Source of the DNA: an archaeon GW2011_AR15
GTDB lineage: Archaea; Nanobdellota; Nanobdellia; Woesearchaeales; GW2011-AR15
Length of the DNA: 64,000 nucleotides
Direction: 5' to 3'
Assembly (NCBI GenBank): GCA_000830295.1
Contig: CP010425.1
Coordinates: 192,001 to 256,000 of the forward strand
Below the pieces are notes generated by a model. It saw nothing but the letters and a program-made list of their open reading frames with translations. It was not told the origin of the DNA and did no database searches. A program made the position numbers and the translations under genes. Positions 61,765 through 64,000 of the stretch are shown here, piece after piece. Positions within the stretch are counted from its first letter, which is position 1; each line of letters opens with the position of its first letter.

Positions 61765-62957
61765 AATCTTTTTTTTATGAATCTTTCCAGCCGGTTATAG
61801 CCTTCTTTCAGTGCCTCTTCAGAAGCGGCGAATACGACCCTGAAATGATTTGTCCCTTCTTTTTGTCCGAAGCCTGAGCCGAATACAAACAATACTCCTT
61901 CCTCCCTGAGCAAGTCAAGGACAAATTTCTTGTCTGATTCTATAGGCAGCTCTATCTTCGGAAATGCATAGAATGAACCTCTTGGCTTTGCGCAGCTTAT
62001 TCCGGGAATCTCGTTTAGTCTCTTGTACGTAATATCCCTCCTTGCCTTTAATTTTGCAACAAGCCCCTTCAGATGGTCCTGGGGGCCTTCAAGTGCTGGC
62101 TTAACAGCAAACTGCATGGGGTGGCTTATTGACAGGCGCGCACGGGCAAGCTGCTTGACAGCCTCTGCATACTCTGAAAATTTCTCCATTGGCCCTGAGA
62201 AAAACAGCCAGCCCACTCTCCAGCCGGGGCACAGGTAATTCTTTGAAAGCGTATTGAATGTAACAACAGGCACATCGCCTGCAAGGGAACCGGCTGCATG
62301 GAATTTAAAATTATCATCAAAAATCAGCTTGTCATATGTCTCATCGCTGAATATCACAAGATTATGCTCCCTTGCCAGAGCTATTATCTTCATTATTGTT
62401 TCTTTTGTATACACTGCTCCTGTCGGGTTGTTTGGGCTGATAATGACAATGGCTCTTGTTTTGCTGTTGATTTTCTTTTTCATCTTTTCAATGTCAGGCT
62501 GCCACTCATTCTCTTCCTCCAGCTCATATTCATTTATTTCCCCGTCAAGATAGTTTACAACTGCATTGTACAATGGATAGCCAGGCTTTGGCAGCAGAAT
62601 GTTCTCTCCCTTGTTTATCAGTGCGCCTATTGCCATTGAAATCCCTTCAGAGCCGCCTGAAGTCATCACAACGTCCTCTTCAGTGACGCCCGGAATCCCA
62701 AGCCTTTTTGCCTCTCTCGCAACTGCCTGCCTCGCCTCTAATAATCCCAAAGAATCAGCATAGCTTGAGCTTTCCTTCCATGACCTGCTCACTGCCTCAA
62801 CCATATGCTTTGGCGTCTCAAAATCATACTTCAGAGGGTCGCCGACATTCAGATAGATTATTTTTTTGCCCTGCTTCTCGAGCTTCTGTGCTTCTACAAC
62901 AACATCCCTGATGGCATAGGTTATTTTTCTTGTCCTGTCTGCGGGCGTAACTTTCAT
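61761..62957 (-). CDS. Class I/II aminotransferase (alanine aminotransferase-like)
   Basis: LNVGDP, PNNPTG, SDETYD, LSKNYLCPGWRVGW. Confidence 0.92.
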   Translation of the reverse strand: MKVTPADRTRKITYAIRDVVVEAQKLEKQGKKIIYLNVGDPLKYDFETPKHMVEAVSRSWKESSSYADSLGLLEARQAVAREAKRLGIPGVTEEDVVMTSGGSEGISMAIGALINKGENILLPKPGYPLYNAVVNYLDGEINEYELEEENEWQPDIEKMKKKINSKTRAIVIISPNNPTGAVYTKETIMKIIALAREHNLVIFSDETYDKLIFDDNFKFHAAGSLAGDVPVVTFNTLSKNYLCPGWRVGWLFFSGPMEKFSEYAEAVKQLARARLSISHPMQFAVKPALEGPQDHLKGLVAKLKARRDITYKRLNEIPGISCAKPRGSFYAFPKIELPIESDKKFVLDLLREEGVLFVFGSGFGQKEGTNHFRVVFAASEEALKEGYNRLERFIKKRF

Positions 62958-62996
62958 TCCAGTCAGATAGTTCTGCTAATTTATAAAAGTTTAGAA

Positions 62997-63938
62997 TTAT
63001 ACTGCGGACAATATTTCCAGGGGCGCATAAGTTGTTGTTTCCACAGTGTTAATTACATGGAACCTGGCCAGGTTATTAAGATGTTCTTTTATCCTTCTTT
63101 CATCCCATATTGATTCAACATCAATTGGGGAAAACCCATATGCTTTTCCTCCTATCAAAACATTCCCTTCATATTTTTTGAAGGCCTTCATTATCTCCTC
63201 AGGTGTTTCCACTCCCTTTCTTATCTGGTCTACATAGAACATTGCTGCTGGATGCAGGAAGAACCCAAATGCAAGCCCTTCATGATACACTGGCTCAGCC
63301 CTTGGGAAGGCATCCACCATGCTTGTAAAAGAAACTAGTCTGTCCTCCCTTGCTTCTCCAAGGAAATAAGCCAGAAAAGTATCTCTGCTTCTGACTGGTC
63401 TGAACATGTCCGCAGAATAGCCTGAGAGTCTTGACGCGTTTTCTCTTAATCTGGGCAGGCTGAAAGCAGCATAATCTGAAAATTTAATGGGCTTTTCTGT
63501 TCTTAGTTTAAAACTGAATTCTCTCTTGTCACCCTCTCGGGCTATGCCTTCTTCTACCATATAGTATTCACTGTCCCCATAAGACGGCGGACATGCCAAT
63601 CGTGATTTTTCTACTGCGTCTTCCAGACCCCTGCCGGTTTCAAAATGCAGGACTTCATCATCTGTTCCCTCAAGAATTACCTGGTGGAATCCAAATCCAT
63701 ATTCCTGCTTCAGCTGCAGTATGATATCTAGAGCTGCTTCAATGTGGTGCGTTATATCAGATGTAGCTATATTATTTGCCCTGTATCCAAATTTTTGCGG
63801 CTGCTGAAGCCGTGGAAAAATTATATATGGCTCTTTAATGGTTAGTTCAATAGGATGAACGGGAATGTCTGAGGCAGCTCCCACCATATCACTTGGTTTA
63901 ATATTATCGTTCCAGTACGTGTATATCTCAATATCCAT
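62997..63938 (-). CDS. Hypothetical protein
   Basis: 313-aa ORF with TATA box upstream. Confidence 0.7.
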   Translation of the reverse strand: MDIEIYTYWNDNIKPSDMVGAASDIPVHPIELTIKEPYIIFPRLQQPQKFGYRANNIATSDITHHIEAALDIILQLKQEYGFGFHQVILEGTDDEVLHFETGRGLEDAVEKSRLACPPSYGDSEYYMVEEGIAREGDKREFSFKLRTEKPIKFSDYAAFSLPRLRENASRLSGYSADMFRPVRSRDTFLAYFLGEAREDRLVSFTSMVDAFPRAEPVYHEGLAFGFFLHPAAMFYVDQIRKGVETPEEIMKAFKKYEGNVLIGGKAYGFSPIDVESIWDERRIKEHLNNLARFHVINTVETTTYAPLEILSAV

Positions 63939-64000
63939 TTTCAGGTTGAGAAAATCAAGTTATATTTAAAGCTTAATCCGTCCTTGGCTTTAAGTCTGGT

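Overview
Gene-dense archaeal chromosomal segment, most consistent with a DPANN archaeon of Woesearchaeota type. This is inferred from eS1/eL43/Rpo12/Pcc1/prefoldin beta/Rpp21, class I CCA enzyme, class I LysRS, a BHB-intron tRNA and TTTAWATA boxes about 24 nt before starts, mixed with bacterial-type GAPDH and GyrB. It holds about 70 CDS (central and amino-acid metabolism, aaRSs, Dsb/VKOR/CcdA redox genes, a Cys-rich surface glycoprotein, many orphans) and two tRNAs (Gln-CTG with intron, His-GTG). No rRNA, CRISPR array or clear mobile element was seen. The most striking signal lies below the ORF-track cutoff: a leaderless Tyr-rich leader peptide (MHKPAAQSKYSYYYYC) with alternative anti-SD structures directly upstream of phenylalanine 4-hydroxylase, i.e. 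a candidate ribosome-mediated Tyr-sensing attenuator in an archaeon. Further structured leaders/uORFs lie nearby (racemase with apparent ATC start, His3 uORF after tRNA-His, a switchable hairpin at 31.1 kb), and a 25-aa CPFC micro-protein heads the VKOR/CcdA operon. All calls come from manual reading; no database searches or folding computations were run.
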